DNA of 64,000 bases from Phyllobates terribilis. Its lineage: Eukaryota. Location of the stretch: the NCBI RefSeq assembly GCF_046119375.1, contig NW_027362771.1, positions 180,668,001 through 180,732,000 of the forward strand. Reading direction: 5' to 3'. This document shows, in pieces, positions 1 through 13,800 of the stretch (position 1 is its first letter; every line of letters starts with the position of its first letter). The notes beneath the pieces were generated by a model. It made no database searches, had not been told where the DNA came from, and was given only the letters and a program-made list of their open reading frames with translations. The position numbers were made by a program, and so were the translations under genes.

Positions 1-734
1 CAGCGCTGCACACAGGGACAAGTTACTTTGGTCATGCACTGCACATGACCAAGGTAACTTCCTGCCTCCTGGTGACCCGGATGTTGTCATGAAGACATCG
101 GGTCGTTATGACAACATCCGGGAGCCGCCGCAGACATCGCTGGACGCCGGAGAGGAGGTAAGTATCGGCGCTTACATCCCCCCTTGCCCCCACAATGCTG
201 CAATCGACTTCGATCGCAGCATTTCGGAGGTTAATGCGCTGGGAGCAGTGCAGGACCGCTTCCGGCAGATAGCACCGGGTATTAGCTGTGATAATCAGGT
301 AACACCCGGCGGCGTAATAGTACGTAGCTGGCCCAATAGGCCCAGGGCGCAGATACGCACTATTACTGACGCTGTCAGAAAGGGGTTAGTTTACCTCCCA
401 TATCGGCGCCATACCAGTGACGTTGGTACCGGGTCTCCCAAGACTCACTGGACATTGTAATGCCACGTGAGCCTTGCAGCGCTCACACCTCCCCTGCACA
501 TTCAAAATTTGTCTGAAGGAAGTGAGAGCACAGTAACTCATTAGCATCCGCTGATTGGCTGCAGGGCTCGCGTGGTATAACAATGTTACATGAGCTTCAG
601 GAAACCTGGAGCAGTCATTGCTGGAATGGCACCGATACAGGGGGGGGGGGGTATAGTATTTAAGAAGGGCTTGTCCTAGTAGTGAACAACCCCTTTAAAA
701 TCCACATTGAAGTCAGCGTGGACAGAACCTCAAA

Positions 735-1279
735 GGGAACCTGTCAGCATGATCATCCATGTTAAACTAAAGGTATGGGCAGAATGGCGCTGATATACTG
801 ATTTAATACATACTTTAATGTAAAAATCTGCAGCATTTTGATTTCCTTGGTGAAGGACTGTGGGTAGGGTCTTCGGTTCAGAGGGCTCAGCCACAGCCCC
901 TCCGCTGCCTCTGTTGCATTCATCATAATGCATTCACATAAATGTTGGGCTTGCGCTGTCTTAGCTGTGGACAGCACTCGCGCTGGTGGCGGTCTTCATG
1001 AAAATGGCACCAGCACATGTACAGATCTTCCTCTGCCGCTCTTCAGGAAAATGGTGCCGGGGGTGGCACATGCGCAGAATGAGATCTCAGCTCATCATTG
1101 ACCCTACCCCCAGTCCTGCCAACAAATCCCGCCCCAAGCACGGAGCACCAAGGAAAACAAAATTTATCATGATTTAACAAAAACCGGGCTGCAGATTTTT
1201 ACTCTAAAGGTATGTATTAAATCAGTATGACAGCACCATTCTGCCCATACCCATTGGTGATCCCGATGACAGGTTCTCT
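735..1279. mobile_element. T2/Kolobok-type MITE with long imperfect TIRs
   Basis: Begins AGGGAACCTGTCA and ends TGACAGGTTCTCT-TTAA; internal arms are mutually reverse-complementary (GGTATGGGCAGAATGG…AAAAATCTGCAGC vs GCTGCAGATTTTT…CCATTCTGCCCATACC). Confidence 0.65.
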
Positions 1280-1767
1280 TTAAAGGGTTTGTCTCATGAA
1301 GATCTTATTAGGTCGCACACAATCATAATTATTAACCTCTATTATTGAGAAAGGAGTGCTGCTCTGTACACAATCATTCTTCTGGGGGTCACATTTTAAG
1401 AAAAAAGTTTGTCTCTCATAATTCAACCCCTTTAAAAGTGATTTGTCCAAGCCTTGAACATCATTTTATTTTGCTTTTATTCACTAAAGTAGTGCCCATT
1501 GCGGTCTTAGTAAATCTATGTAATAGGTAGTTTAGATAAAGAATGCTAAATCTCTTCCATAGTGGTAAAAGGTGAAACGCTGCAGACATCACTGGAGGGG
1601 CATTACGAGTTCATATGGCTGCTGGCTATTTTATGTGTATGGCCAACATCAGACTCAAGTGACTGGAACATTGGCCCTTCTCTAAACACAGCTAAGCTTA
1701 CAGTCTGGCATATGCCATCCAATAAAGTCAAAGGGTGTATCACATCTAGATAGAAAATAACCCTTAC

Positions 1768-1895
1768 TTCTGTATTTTTAGGTAGGCCATAGCTCGATTT
1801 GCTGGCAACAGTGCATTTGAACTATCGGCTGCGATTCCTTGTGTGTAGCACTCAATGGCAAGTTCATACTTTCCTTCTTTAAAGTAAGCGTTTCC
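1768..1895 (-). CDS. RPAP3: RPAP3 TPR2 exon (128 nt)
   Basis: GNAYFKEGKYELAIECYTQGIAADSSNALLPANRAMAYLKIQ(K), flanked by tacAG and GTAAGG; same length and phase as the TPR1 exon at 6008-6135. Confidence 0.93.
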
Positions 1896-4800
1896 CTGTA
1901 GTAATAAAACAAACATAATTTTGTTAGACATTTTGATAGGGTGGAAATGTCTCTATGGAAGAAAAAAAATGAAGACAACTAAATTTAGCAATAAGAGCAT
2001 TGCAAAATAACTGTACACTCATGGCTACATTTTACAGTACTGGCTCCAATTACCTTCAGAACAGGGGGAATTCCTTGTTGTATGGGCAAGATACTAGAAA
2101 CACTGATCGGAGAAATGGCCACCGATTAACATGAGAGCATTACATACCTGCTGCAGAGTTCACAGGGGTACAGTTCTGATGCAAATCTCTCAGCAAATGC
2201 CAGAATGTGCTCATATGTAATACCATTCCCAGCCCCACTATACCATCACCAGACTGAACCACTGGCAGCAGTCTTGACAATTTGGGGCAGTCTTCTGTTG
2301 CTCTGGCCATCCACTTAGAAGTGTAGTGTTCAGCCATTCAATGGAAACCCTAATGATGATTATGACGTTTTAAAGGGAATCTGTTATTAGAATCAACCCA
2401 CCTAAACTGTCTATATGGGCACACAGGTCATAGGAAGCCGAATAAGATGATGCCTTGATATCTGCTATTCGGAGAAATCCATGTTTTTCTTATATGTAAA
2501 TGAGCTGTACAGGACTATGGGCCAGACATTGATCTGCATGGGAATCTGCCTCCAGAGATTATTTTAATTAAAATGAAGCGTTACCAGTGTGAGACAACAC
2601 AATACAGTAGAACTGCACTTTGTCTCATAACAAAAAAGTTAGCAACTGCAGCTCTCACAGCTCTGCTGTATTACAACAATATTACATCCCTGTCTGCCTG
2701 TGAGATAGAAGCTGAGAGGACCCTGCAGATGTGTCAGGTATAATCACACACAGCTCTGCAGTGAGATCAGTAGAGCAGAGAGAAGCCATTACACATCACA
2801 CTGGTTATGTCCCCTTTTATTTAATAATAAAAAAAAAAAAAAAAAAAAAAAAAAGGATTAGATCAGTGTCTGGCCCATAGCCCTGAACAGCTCATTTACA
2901 TACAAGAAAAACGAAAACGTGGAATTCTCAGGAATAAGACATCAGATCGCAGATATCAAGGTATCATGTTATTCAGCTTCCTATGACCTACATGCCCATA
3001 TAGACGGCTTAGGAGAGTTGATCCCACTGACAGATTCCCTTTAAAGAGGTTATAGTCTGTGTGTGTTACTTAAACAATTACTTCTAGGTCAAAGTTACTC
3101 AAAAGACATGTCTTCTCTTCTAAATTTTTCACAACCATTTTGGCATAATTCAATCACTATAATTGATGAATAGATATGTTCATGAATAAGCTAATATATA
3201 CACAAGAGTACCTAATAAAATGGTCACTGCGTATAGTTTGCAGAGATAACCTGTCACTGGAAGGGCTTGTTCACACGTTGCAGATTTGGTGCTGATTTTT
3301 TTGTCTGAATTTGTGGACAGAAAACCCAAAGATGATAACAGTTGCAGCAAAATACATCCAGCAGCTACGGATTTTTAAATCTGTGACATGTCAATTTTTT
3401 CTATGGATTTCATTCTTTGAAATGCAAGGGATGAAAACTGCAGAAAATTCAAGAAAAATTCTGTCACATGTGGACAAAACCTTACAGATCTACTATAATG
3501 AGGACATCGATATTGTACCCTAATAGACATTCACTAGTGGTTACAATTACACCCATAACACAAAGACCCAAATAGTGGGGCAGAAAATAATCACTAAATC
3601 CTAAGGGTACGTCACATGTGTCAGATACGAAGTTGATTTCAAAACGGAAATTTGCTGACTGCTTTGTGGAACAGATTTTTTTTTTTTTTTTTTTTCAATT
3701 TAATCCACATCCTGTATTTCAAATGTACTGAGGCTGAGGATTCAACCTTTGCAGCCTTTCGATTTTGGCGGCAGTATTGCAGTGGAAACTTCAGCAATGT
3801 CTGCCCAATTTAGTACCAATATTGATGCGGCATCTGTGACTCTAAAAGGAATCCTAGGATACATTATGTAACTGCAAAGAATCAGGAAGCAGATTTTTAT
3901 TCCCACACTTGGAGGTTGATTAGTTGATAAAATTACATATTGAGGAGTTTTCTGTGTTAATAACAATAGTGATACAGGAAAATATATATCTATGTACCGT
4001 GTTAGCCAGTAGATAGAAAAATAATAAAATTTGAGGATTCTCAAATTTACCGCCACAAGGTGTCCGTCACCTGTCTTATTTACTGCATTATTGTGCCCTG
4101 TTGTGTATAAATGTGTTTCTTTTCAGATTTTATGCTATTCTGTGCCTGATAAAGAGATCTGAGCTTCTATTTGTTACCTTTTAATGGCTAACAAAAGATG
4201 GTATCACTGAGGACTGTCTAATAGTGCTAAAACTTACCAGATCTTTCTGTACAATGGCTTTTTGCTTCAATTGTTGAGCTTCTATATGACTCCTTTCTTC
4301 CTCACAGACTTCTGAACTTTTCTTCTGAATCTTTTCACTAATTTTTTCCTCTTCCTGTAATGTACTAGAGGATGACCGAAGCTCCTAAAACATATACACA
4401 AATGGTTGACCAAAGCCAGTGGATACAAATTGGCTTCTTTGACGTGTGAACAGAAGCTCAGCTAATGATGGGCATACTGCTAATGATTCTATGCACAATT
4501 CAAATGCTGCTTGTAAACACTCTTTATACATTATTCACAGCCATCATTATGATCAGGTAGCAGGTAGTTCAAATTCAATGAGTTGCGCACGCCAGTCTTA
4601 ATGGAGGGCTCGCTAGAGTACAATACTCAAAATTCATTAGGAGGCTCATGGCATTTAATAAATTCGGAGCTTCTTCGTGTGCCTCACCAGAAATGCTACT
4701 CCAGTCAGCGATTGGAGTTGCATTTCTAGCATGAAAAAATGCGGTCAGTTTTAATTAATTTGACGGGCACATAGCCACACCCTTTTCCACCCGCGGCTCT

Positions 4801-7800
4801 GACCCAGCTCCAACCATTTTAGTGGCGCTGGCAGAATCTGACGGGAAAATGCCAAAAGTTGCACATTTTCTGAGCAGCTCTGCATTGCACGAAAATGTTG
4901 CAAATTTTAAAACTGTTTTAGACCAGAAAACTGTTGTAAATACTTCGATGAACTGACCCCAATATGTATTACTATATGCAACAGTGAAAAATAAATATAT
5001 TACATTAAAAGCCAACTGAAGTGAATTCAATTGAGAAAACTCACCAAGGCTATTTTCTTTAGCTCATTTGTGGCATCAAAATTGTTTGGATCCAATTCTA
5101 AAACCTTTTCATAATCTTTGGCAAAAACAGAACAATTACACACATGAAATAAATACTTTGTATATAAATAAGATTTATCATTGCAACACTAAGGTTATGT
5201 GAGCACGATCAGGAATTGCTTGCAAAAATTTCTTCAGCATTTCTGCAAGATTCTGCACCTCTTGGCAGCAAAAACTCAGCGCGTTTTTTTTTTTTTTTTT
5301 TGCATTTTCATGTATTTTTTGTGCGTTTTTGCCATACGTTTTTTCCAATGCATTCTATAGGTCAAACGCAGGCAAATCCACACAAAGAATGGACATGCGG
5401 CTTCTTTTTCCACACATGAAATCCTGTCAGGAAAATTCCTGATCATGTGTACAGATCTTCCAAAATCCTATAGAAAATACTGGACAAGGTTTGCTATGCA
5501 TTTTAGGGGCCAAATCCGCGCGCATTTGCAGCAGTAAAAACGCATAAAGAACGCACCGTGTGCACATACTCTAAAATAGGGGTCCCCAACCTGTAGCTCG
5601 ATTCACTGGTAAATACAAGTCACTAAGTTGCTTAAAATTGTACTACTTTTCATCAATCCTTGTATCTCAGAAAGCTGGTTGATGACCAGAACTGTTTTCG
5701 CAAACAATTTCCAATGTCTCAAATAGCAAATAAAGTAGCAATAAATACTCATAGAAACCTTCTGTGGGAATTTGTAAAAAAAAACATTAGACAACCTTCC
5801 TTTGCTCCTTGGAAGTTCTTCAATGCCAGGCGACAGGCTCCTCTGCGAGCATAAGCCTTCCAGTAATTACGGTTTAAAGCAATGGCCAGATTGCAGTCTG
5901 ATTCAGCAACAGCATACCTAAAAATAACAAAAAAAGAAACATATGGAAAGAAAATGAAGTCATAGTCAGCTTGTTCAGGAAAAACACCACCAAGGCAAAA
6001 CACTTACTTTCTTAGTCTAAAGAAAGCAGATGCTCGATTTGTGGGCAGGACCGCATTGTATGGATCAGCATTCATGCTTCTTGTATAGCACTCGATAGCT
6101 TCATCATAATTCCCAGCTTTAAAATAATTATTTCCCTGAGTAAAAATTGAAAATGTACATAATTATTATTTAAGATATCATTGTTTCAAATTTGTCTGCA
6201 TTACCAAGTTTCTACAGTTATAAAGTTAACACCTTATATAGCCAAGGCCTGATTCCACAAAAAAAATGTACAGTACAGACCAAAAGTTTGGACACACATT
6301 CTCATTTAAAGATATTTCTGTATTTTCATGACTATGAAAATTGTACATTCACACTGAAGGCATCAAAACTATGAATTAACACATGTGGAATTATATACTT
6401 AACAAAAAAGTGTGAAACAACTGAAAATATGTCTTATATTCTAGGTTCTTCAAAGTAGCCACCTTTTGCTTTGATGACTGCTTTGCACACTCTTGGCATT
6501 CTCTTGATGAGGTTCAAGAGGTAGTCACCGGAAATGGTTTTCACTTCACAGGTGTGCCCTGTCAGGTTTAATAAGTGGGATTTCTTGCCTTATAAATGGG
6601 GTTGGGACCATCAGTTGTGTTGTTCAGAAGTCAGGTGGATACACAGCTGATAGTCCTACTGAATAGACTGTTAGAATTTGTATTATGGCAAGAAAAAAGC
6701 AGCTAAGTAAAGAAAAACGAGTGGCCATCATTACTTTAAGAAATGAAGGTCAGTCAGTCCGAAAAATTGGGCAAACTTTGAAAGTGTCCCCAAGTGCAGT
6801 TGCAAAAACCATCAAGCGCTACAAAGAAACTGGCTCACATGAGGACCGCCCCAGCAAAGGAAGACCAAGAGTCACCACTGCTTCTGAGGATAAGTTTATC
6901 CGAGTGACCAGCCTCAGAAATCGCAGGTTAACAGCAGCTCAGATTAGAGACCAGGTCAATGCCACACAGAGTTCTAGCAGCAGACACATCTCTTCAACAA
7001 CTGTTAAGAGGAGACTTTGTGCAGCAGGCCTTCATGGTAAAATAGCTGCTAGGAAACCACTGCTAAGGACAGGCAACAAGCAGAAGAGACTTGTTTGGGC
7101 TAAAGAACACAAGGAATGGACATTGGACCAGTGGAAATCTGTGCTTTGGTCTGATTAGTCCAAATTTGAGATCTTTGGTTCCAACCACTGTGTCTTTGTG
7201 CGACGCAGAAAAGGTGAACGGATGGACTCTACATGCCTGGTTCCCACCGTGAAGCATGGAGGAGGAGGTGTGATGGTGTGGGGGTGCTTTGCTGGTGACA
7301 CTGTTGGGGATCTATTCAAAATTGAAGGCATACTGAACCAGCAGTGGCTACCACAGCATCTTGCAGCGGCATGCTGTTCCATCCAGTTTGCGTTTAGTTT
7401 GGACCATCATTTATTTTTCAACAGGACAATGACCCCAAACATACCTCCAGGCTGTGTAAGGGCTATTTGACCAAGAAGGAGAGTGATGGTGTGCTACGCC
7501 AGATGACCTGGCCTCCACAGTCACCAGACCTGAACCCAATCGAGATGGTTTGGGGTGAGCTGGACTGCAGAGTGAAGGCAAAAGGGCCAACAAGTGCTAA
7601 GAATCTCTGGGAACTCCTTCAAGATTGTTGGAAGACCATTTCCGGTGACTACCTCTTGAAGCTCATCAAGAGAATGCCAAGAGTGTGCAAAGCAGTCATC
7701 AAAGCAAAAGGTGGCTACTTTGAAGAACCTAGAATATAAGACATATTTTCAGTTGTTTCACACTTTTTTGTTAAGTATATAATTCCACATGTGTTAATTC

Positions 7801-10800
7801 ATAGTTTTGATGCCTTCAGTGTGAATGTACAATTTTCAAAGTCATGAAAATACAGAAAAATCTTTAAATGAGAATGTGTGTCCAAACTTTTGGTCTGTAC
7901 TGTATATATATTTATTTTGTAGGGATTGACACTCAGCAATAGGTGGCATTCACACAGGCAATGCGATTTGGTCCAACCATGGAGTTTTATGAAAGCAGGA
8001 AAACCGCACAAGCGATTCATAACCAAAACAGCCTCCTCTGGGCAGAAAGGTATAACAGCAAATTAACAGTTCATTGAGCAGGCACATATAGGTCAGTGGG
8101 GAATCACCCAAACAGATTACAGTCCTTTCTCCCAGAGCAAACTTTATACACAGAAGAGGTACGGTCCCACCAGTCTCAGTATCACCTTCAGCCTGAGCTC
8201 CAGCAGTTTCCAGCACCAAACAGAAGTGCTCAACGCTGTGCACAGTTCACACTGAACAAGCTGCAGCTTTCACACACTTCTGTGCAGCTCCAACACACAG
8301 ACTGCTCAGCTTTCCTAGCTGACCAATGCGCTCTGCATTCAGAGCGAGACTATGGCTTGTCTCTTTCTCAGCTACAGCTCAAATTTTAGCTTGTCACTCC
8401 CCACTCTACTCAACATCCCCAGCAAACAGAGCTTCCAAGTGAACACATGCCATGGTTCTTAGTGAAAGCTAGTAAGGTGCATCTAATGAATACCTGCAGT
8501 TGTAGGATTTAACCCAGACCTACCTGGCTTTTCTACAAAATATATAAGGTTTATTTTTTGCTATGAAAATGAACAACCTTTTTTCAATTAACAACAAAAG
8601 CTCTAAAATGTTTCAAATGAAACTGAATGCTATACCCTATAAAAGGTATTCCCATGTCTGCCATTCATAGCTGAGGTAAGATTATTCAACTCAATGCAGC
8701 AGCCTCAAGAGCAGAGGACTATGAAGAAGTCAATCGAGTGGGATTACACTGGGAGATACAAAAATAGTGTAGTGCAGCACACTTGATCAAGTCCGGATTC
8801 CTGGTCTCCTGGAGCTGCCATCAGTCTGCGTATTCCAACCACACCTTTGCCGTGTTCAGGAGTAATTTCAAATGATGTACCGCTAATTAACAACTATGCA
8901 CAGTAAGTTCTGAGCTCACAGCACTCTGCTGACGCTGCACCAAATAAACTATGAATTCATGAATGTTACACCATAGTCACAAGTGACACATCGCTAAAAT
9001 CCATGTCTATTACTACTTTATTCTGCTCGATCTAAGTTGCATAGACCTGGTGAATAATTTGCTTTAAAGTTATAAACAACTTAAAAAGTAAATTCATAAG
9101 GCCAAATTAACCCAAAAGTCAGTGCAAAGTATGGACACTTCAGCAGTCAGAGCGCCTGTATTCCTTAGAAAAGAGTGGAGATTTTTGTATTTATGGATCT
9201 ATCAGTAGAACCACCATGTCCATCTCAGGGCTCATTGAGACAAGTGTATTGTACAGACATGTTGTCAGAGTTAAAATAGGACAGAACACTGACCAATGTT
9301 ATTGGATAGGGCTGTTTAGATGACGGTGTCCTTTTAAAAAAAAGAAAATGCAGCATACGCTATTCTTTTCCAAATATCAGAGGAGACTCATCTATTCAAG
9401 TCTATAGGTGTGCAAAAAAAAAAATTGGCGTCCATCCAGAAGGTCCATATTGCAACTGACTTTTAAAGATGCATTTATCATTATTAAAATAGGAATCTAC
9501 TTGATATTTAGACTGATGATCTATAAATATGGATGTGACTCGGATGTAAAAACGGACACACAAATGGCACACAGATGAAATATGAATGACAACAAGACAA
9601 ATGAAAATTGTCTAAATTTTCTGATTTAAAAAAAAAATCAGACAATTGTTCATACAATCTTCAGCACCTGCCCTAGTGTTCATTAAACAATACTCACATT
9701 GCTTACTAGTATTCTCTAGAAGACATTTACTCCTCATTTCCCAGCAAATATGTAAATCCTATTAAAGGGGAGTTCAGTAGGCCTGTGCTTCATCAGGATT
9801 CAATTTTATCTCCTCTCTCCTGCCACCAGCAATGAGAAACAGTCAAAACCTTCCTGAAATCTGGGAAAATCTACCATGTGTAACCACAGACATATTGTCC
9901 ACATAGCATTCACATATTATCAACTTGCAGGTGTTGCAGATGAAAGTGCTGCTGGAAGATGGGTTCTTTCTAACAGTAGTACTATGGACACAACAACTTC
10001 TAAGCACGGGGCGGATTTCATCAACAGGAGCAGTGAGAAGAGCTAGTCAGTCAAGCTAGGTGGGTGTCGGAGTTTGCAGCCAGAATACACCTGGAATCTG
10101 GCAGTGCATAGCTGGAGCCATAAAATGCTAAGCGCTCAGGAAGGATTAGAGAGTCATTCTGGGATGGATTTGTAACGCAAGTACATCATCGTCACCATGT
10201 CTAGGTGATTTATGTCATGATATACATTGTTAGACCTGGCGACAGATCCTCTTTAAAAGGGTTGTCTGTTCTAAAATATTTACGTAACAGTCACAGGAAT
10301 TGCCAGAAATGTTCAGAAACTGCGGGTCTCAGTGCTGGAATCTGCATGTATCTCTAGAATAGGGCTTTGTCGCACGCCACAGGGATCGAAGTGGTGGAAT
10401 CGCATGCGTGGCTATCTCCACTCATTTGTGGGACTGTGCTAAAATGTCCCATATGGGAATAACTATTTAGTAACTAAAACTAGAGAAATAAAAAATATCC
10501 ACCAGACATTACCCAAATTCTAGCAATTTCAAATTTTTTAAGAGTTTGTATACCTTTTCTTTTTCTGCTAAAGCTTTTACTGTATCAATTTGAATGCCAT
10601 CTTCACCCTCAGAGTCAGATTCGGCAGACATTGATTCATTAGTGTTGTCCTCTTTATCAAGTTCCTGTAAGGCTTTGTCCTAAAATGATAAGATATACAA
10701 CTTACACTGGAAAATCTATCATGCGTATGATAAAATGAATACAGATGTGTCTACTACAAAGACAACACATAACAAGCTATTCAATTACCAAAATTACTCC

Positions 10801-13800
10801 TGTACAGTTATAGTCATTACCTTACACCAAGACAAGCCATTTTTTTTTTAATTAAGTTGAACCGGAGATCAGCTTATCACTTATTAGCTTCTCTAGACCC
10901 TGTCAGCAGGTCTCTGCTATTTAATTTTACAGTGGCACAATGTAGGGCCAGAGATCCTGATTCCAGTGATATATCAGTTAGTTGACTGGGTGCAGCAGCT
11001 GTGATATATAATGCAGATTTAGCAGTGCACTAAATGCTGAGCCCCATGGTGTGGGCAAGTTTGACAAGGAGGCAGGAGATACCTACTCCTCTAGTGAGCA
11101 TGTCCTGCTGATAAAGCACCGCCTTTATTGAAACAGCAAAACACAGCCCAGTAAGTGACACACCACTGGAATCAGGGTCTCTGCCCCTACATCATGTTGC
11201 TTTCAGCAAAAACCTCCTGACAGACTTCCTTTACTCACCAGGACTGAGAGAAGCTGTGTCCGGTGGGCAAGCACGAATGCTACAGGGGGAAAAGTAGCAT
11301 TACATTCTGGCTTTTGAAAAGTTAAGGTGCTCTTACAGAACAGCTCTATGACAACCTTAAGTGCGAAAAGTCCATATGGAATAGAGATGTCTTAAAGGAT
11401 TTGTCCACTTTTAAAAGGTTACTTTTACATGTATTCATAATCTGATTATAAAGAAGATATGAATCCACTTATATTGTCAGTTAGCCCTGATCTTCAGCCA
11501 TCAGCCTCGATCATGGGTCAGAAGGTCCACAGGAGAGAACTTCTTATGTTAGCACATATCTAGTGCTGTCTATGAAGGGGCCAGGCTTATGGCTCATTTC
11601 AGGCTGTAAATATAATTATGTACAAAAATTTTTTTTTTCGGATCTTCTGATAAGAAGTGTATTACTACAGATTACAATTACCACATCCAGCTTGTCCCAG
11701 TACTCATAGTCATGTAATTTTCCTTTCGGGTTTTGGTTATTTTCATTTTTCTTAGTTTCAGTAGATACTTTACTTCTGTTCTTTTTCTTTTTTCTATAGT
11801 CTTTGTTTCTAATTGGTGGTAGCGTCTATAAGAATAAGTATGTACATATTAATATAGGGTACAAAATGTTCCAGTTCTTACACCAGTAATATATTCACTG
11901 ATATTTCTAAAGCTACGTACGTTAAAGGCACAATCTGTCGCTAAGATTAAGATGCTCTGGGAGCAGCAAAAAATACTGACCACTACCATCTTATTGAAGC
12001 CCATCGAGAGATCAATCTGCGCAAGCAACGCCTGTGGCTAGGATGGCGCGGAATTTAAATAACAATGAAGACAGACAGCAGCGGCAGCAGAGGGACCATG
12101 GCAGAGGGAAAGACACCTTCACGACCTTTGACGTAAGTTTACGTCACGGTCGGGAAGGGGTTCATGACCTATGACGTAAACTTACATCATGGAGATGCTC
12201 CTGTGCTGCATTATCTCCATGATGTAAGTTTACGTCATAGGTCATGAACCCCTTCCCGATCGTGGCGTAAACTTACATCATGGAGATAATGCAGCACAGG
12301 AGCTGTGCACGCATGATTGCCGCCAAGAGTTTGGTGTAAGTGATAGCCGAGCTCCGGCTGTCACGGCCAGGAGAAGTGAACGCACTGCCCAGGGCTGTTT
12401 AACCCCCTAAATGCCGCGATCAATAGTGATAGCAGCATTTAGGAGGCTATGAGAGGGAGAGGTCTCCCTCTCCCATCCGATCGGCATTATCGAGAGGGCC
12501 CGATCGTTGCTAAGACGTCCTCCGCGTTTGCCAGCTACAGTAGCCTGTTTACACCATTCCAGGAGCATGCTCTAAAAGGCTTCCATCAGTGTCACACAGA
12601 GGGGTAATGCATTGCAATGCTGGTATACCAGCAATCAGAGTAATAAAAGTTAAAGTCCCATAGAGGGACTAAGTGAAAAAGTAAAAAAAAAAAAATTTAT
12701 ATATATCAGAATAAATAAAAATATTATACCAATAAATAGGTATATTTATGAAAATATAAAAAATAATCAAAAATAGTACACATATTTGGTATTTATGAGT
12801 CTGGAACGACTTGATCTAAAAAAAATAGCATTGCAAAAACAATTATTTTTTTTATAAAATAGTTTTTACTGTGCAAAAATCTCAAAACATAAAAAAATTA
12901 TATAAATTTGGTATTGCTGTAATCGTACGGACCCGAAGAGTAAAGTTATCTAATCACTTATACCTCACGAGGAACGGTGTAAAAAAATGAATAAAACCAA
13001 TTCTTCGGCTAACATTTATCCTGCGCTCTGCGCTGACACAGTCATTTCTGTGGTTTCTGAAAGACGTGATTCAGACGGAACCCCTGAATGATTCCCTGTA
13101 ATGAGGCAGATGGAGACACTGTCGACACTTTCTGGCCTGTGATAAGGTGGCGTCTGTCGTTTAAGCATGCATAAAAGTGCGGTCGACCACAGTTTTGTGC
13201 ACTTCTGAAAAGAAGAACGCCGCTGAACAGAGGCCAGACGAAATTCAGAGTAACATTGCTGCCTCATTATACTGATTGGATCTCTCAGGGGTTTCATCTG
13301 AATCACGTCACTAGGAGATTTAGGTGGAAACCCTGATGTAAGCGCTCAGCGTAGAGCACAGGATAAACATGATCCCAAATGTTATGTAAAATGTTCCCAA
13401 TAAAAGCTTCAACTCAATCCATAAAAAGAAAAACAAGTCCCCACTCAGGTCATCTGTCAATGGAAATACAGGGGGCTCCATGTTACTGGTAGTACAAAGG
13501 CTCTGGAAAAGCGCTATGGCTCTTCGTCCCCCAAAAGAAATCCAGTGAATTCTGCGCTCCGAAATCCAAATACCCCTTCCGTTCTGAGCCCCAGTGTGCC
13601 TAAACCGCAGCTAGCGTCAACATGTTTGGCATTTCTGTAGTAATTTACAGAGTCCATTTCTTCAGAAGCATGGGCTGGGCACAATGTACTGGGCACTACA
13701 ATGGTAGATTTGCAATTTTCACTTAGCAACATCCATTGCTGCTCATTTCTGGAAAACACCCATGGAGTCAAATCGTCACTACAGCAATAAATACCCAGAG

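Noticed and set aside
89-460. 123-aa ORF at the window start
   Set aside because: No recognisable protein. It lies in a CpG-rich, palindrome-containing MITE-like segment ending in CCCCTTTAA at about 697.
1-1767. Search for the next RPAP3 exon (YEEAEKDC-type)
   Set aside because: No matching minus-strand frame found; the gene continues beyond the left edge of the window.
3747-3841. Possible extra RPAP3 exon (ttttAG…AAAG|GTTGAA) within ORF 3742-4056
   Set aside because: 95 nt would shift the frame, it has no similarity to RPAP3, and the flanking exons already join in frame.
8096-8389. Gln-rich 97-aa ORF
   Set aside because: Low complexity from CAGCT-rich sequence, antisense within an RPAP3 intron, no domain similarity.
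8872-8915. C/D-box-like motifs (ATGATGT…CTGA) in an RPAP3 intron
   Set aside because: Imperfect C box, only about 45 nt apart and no terminal stem; too weak to call a snoRNA.
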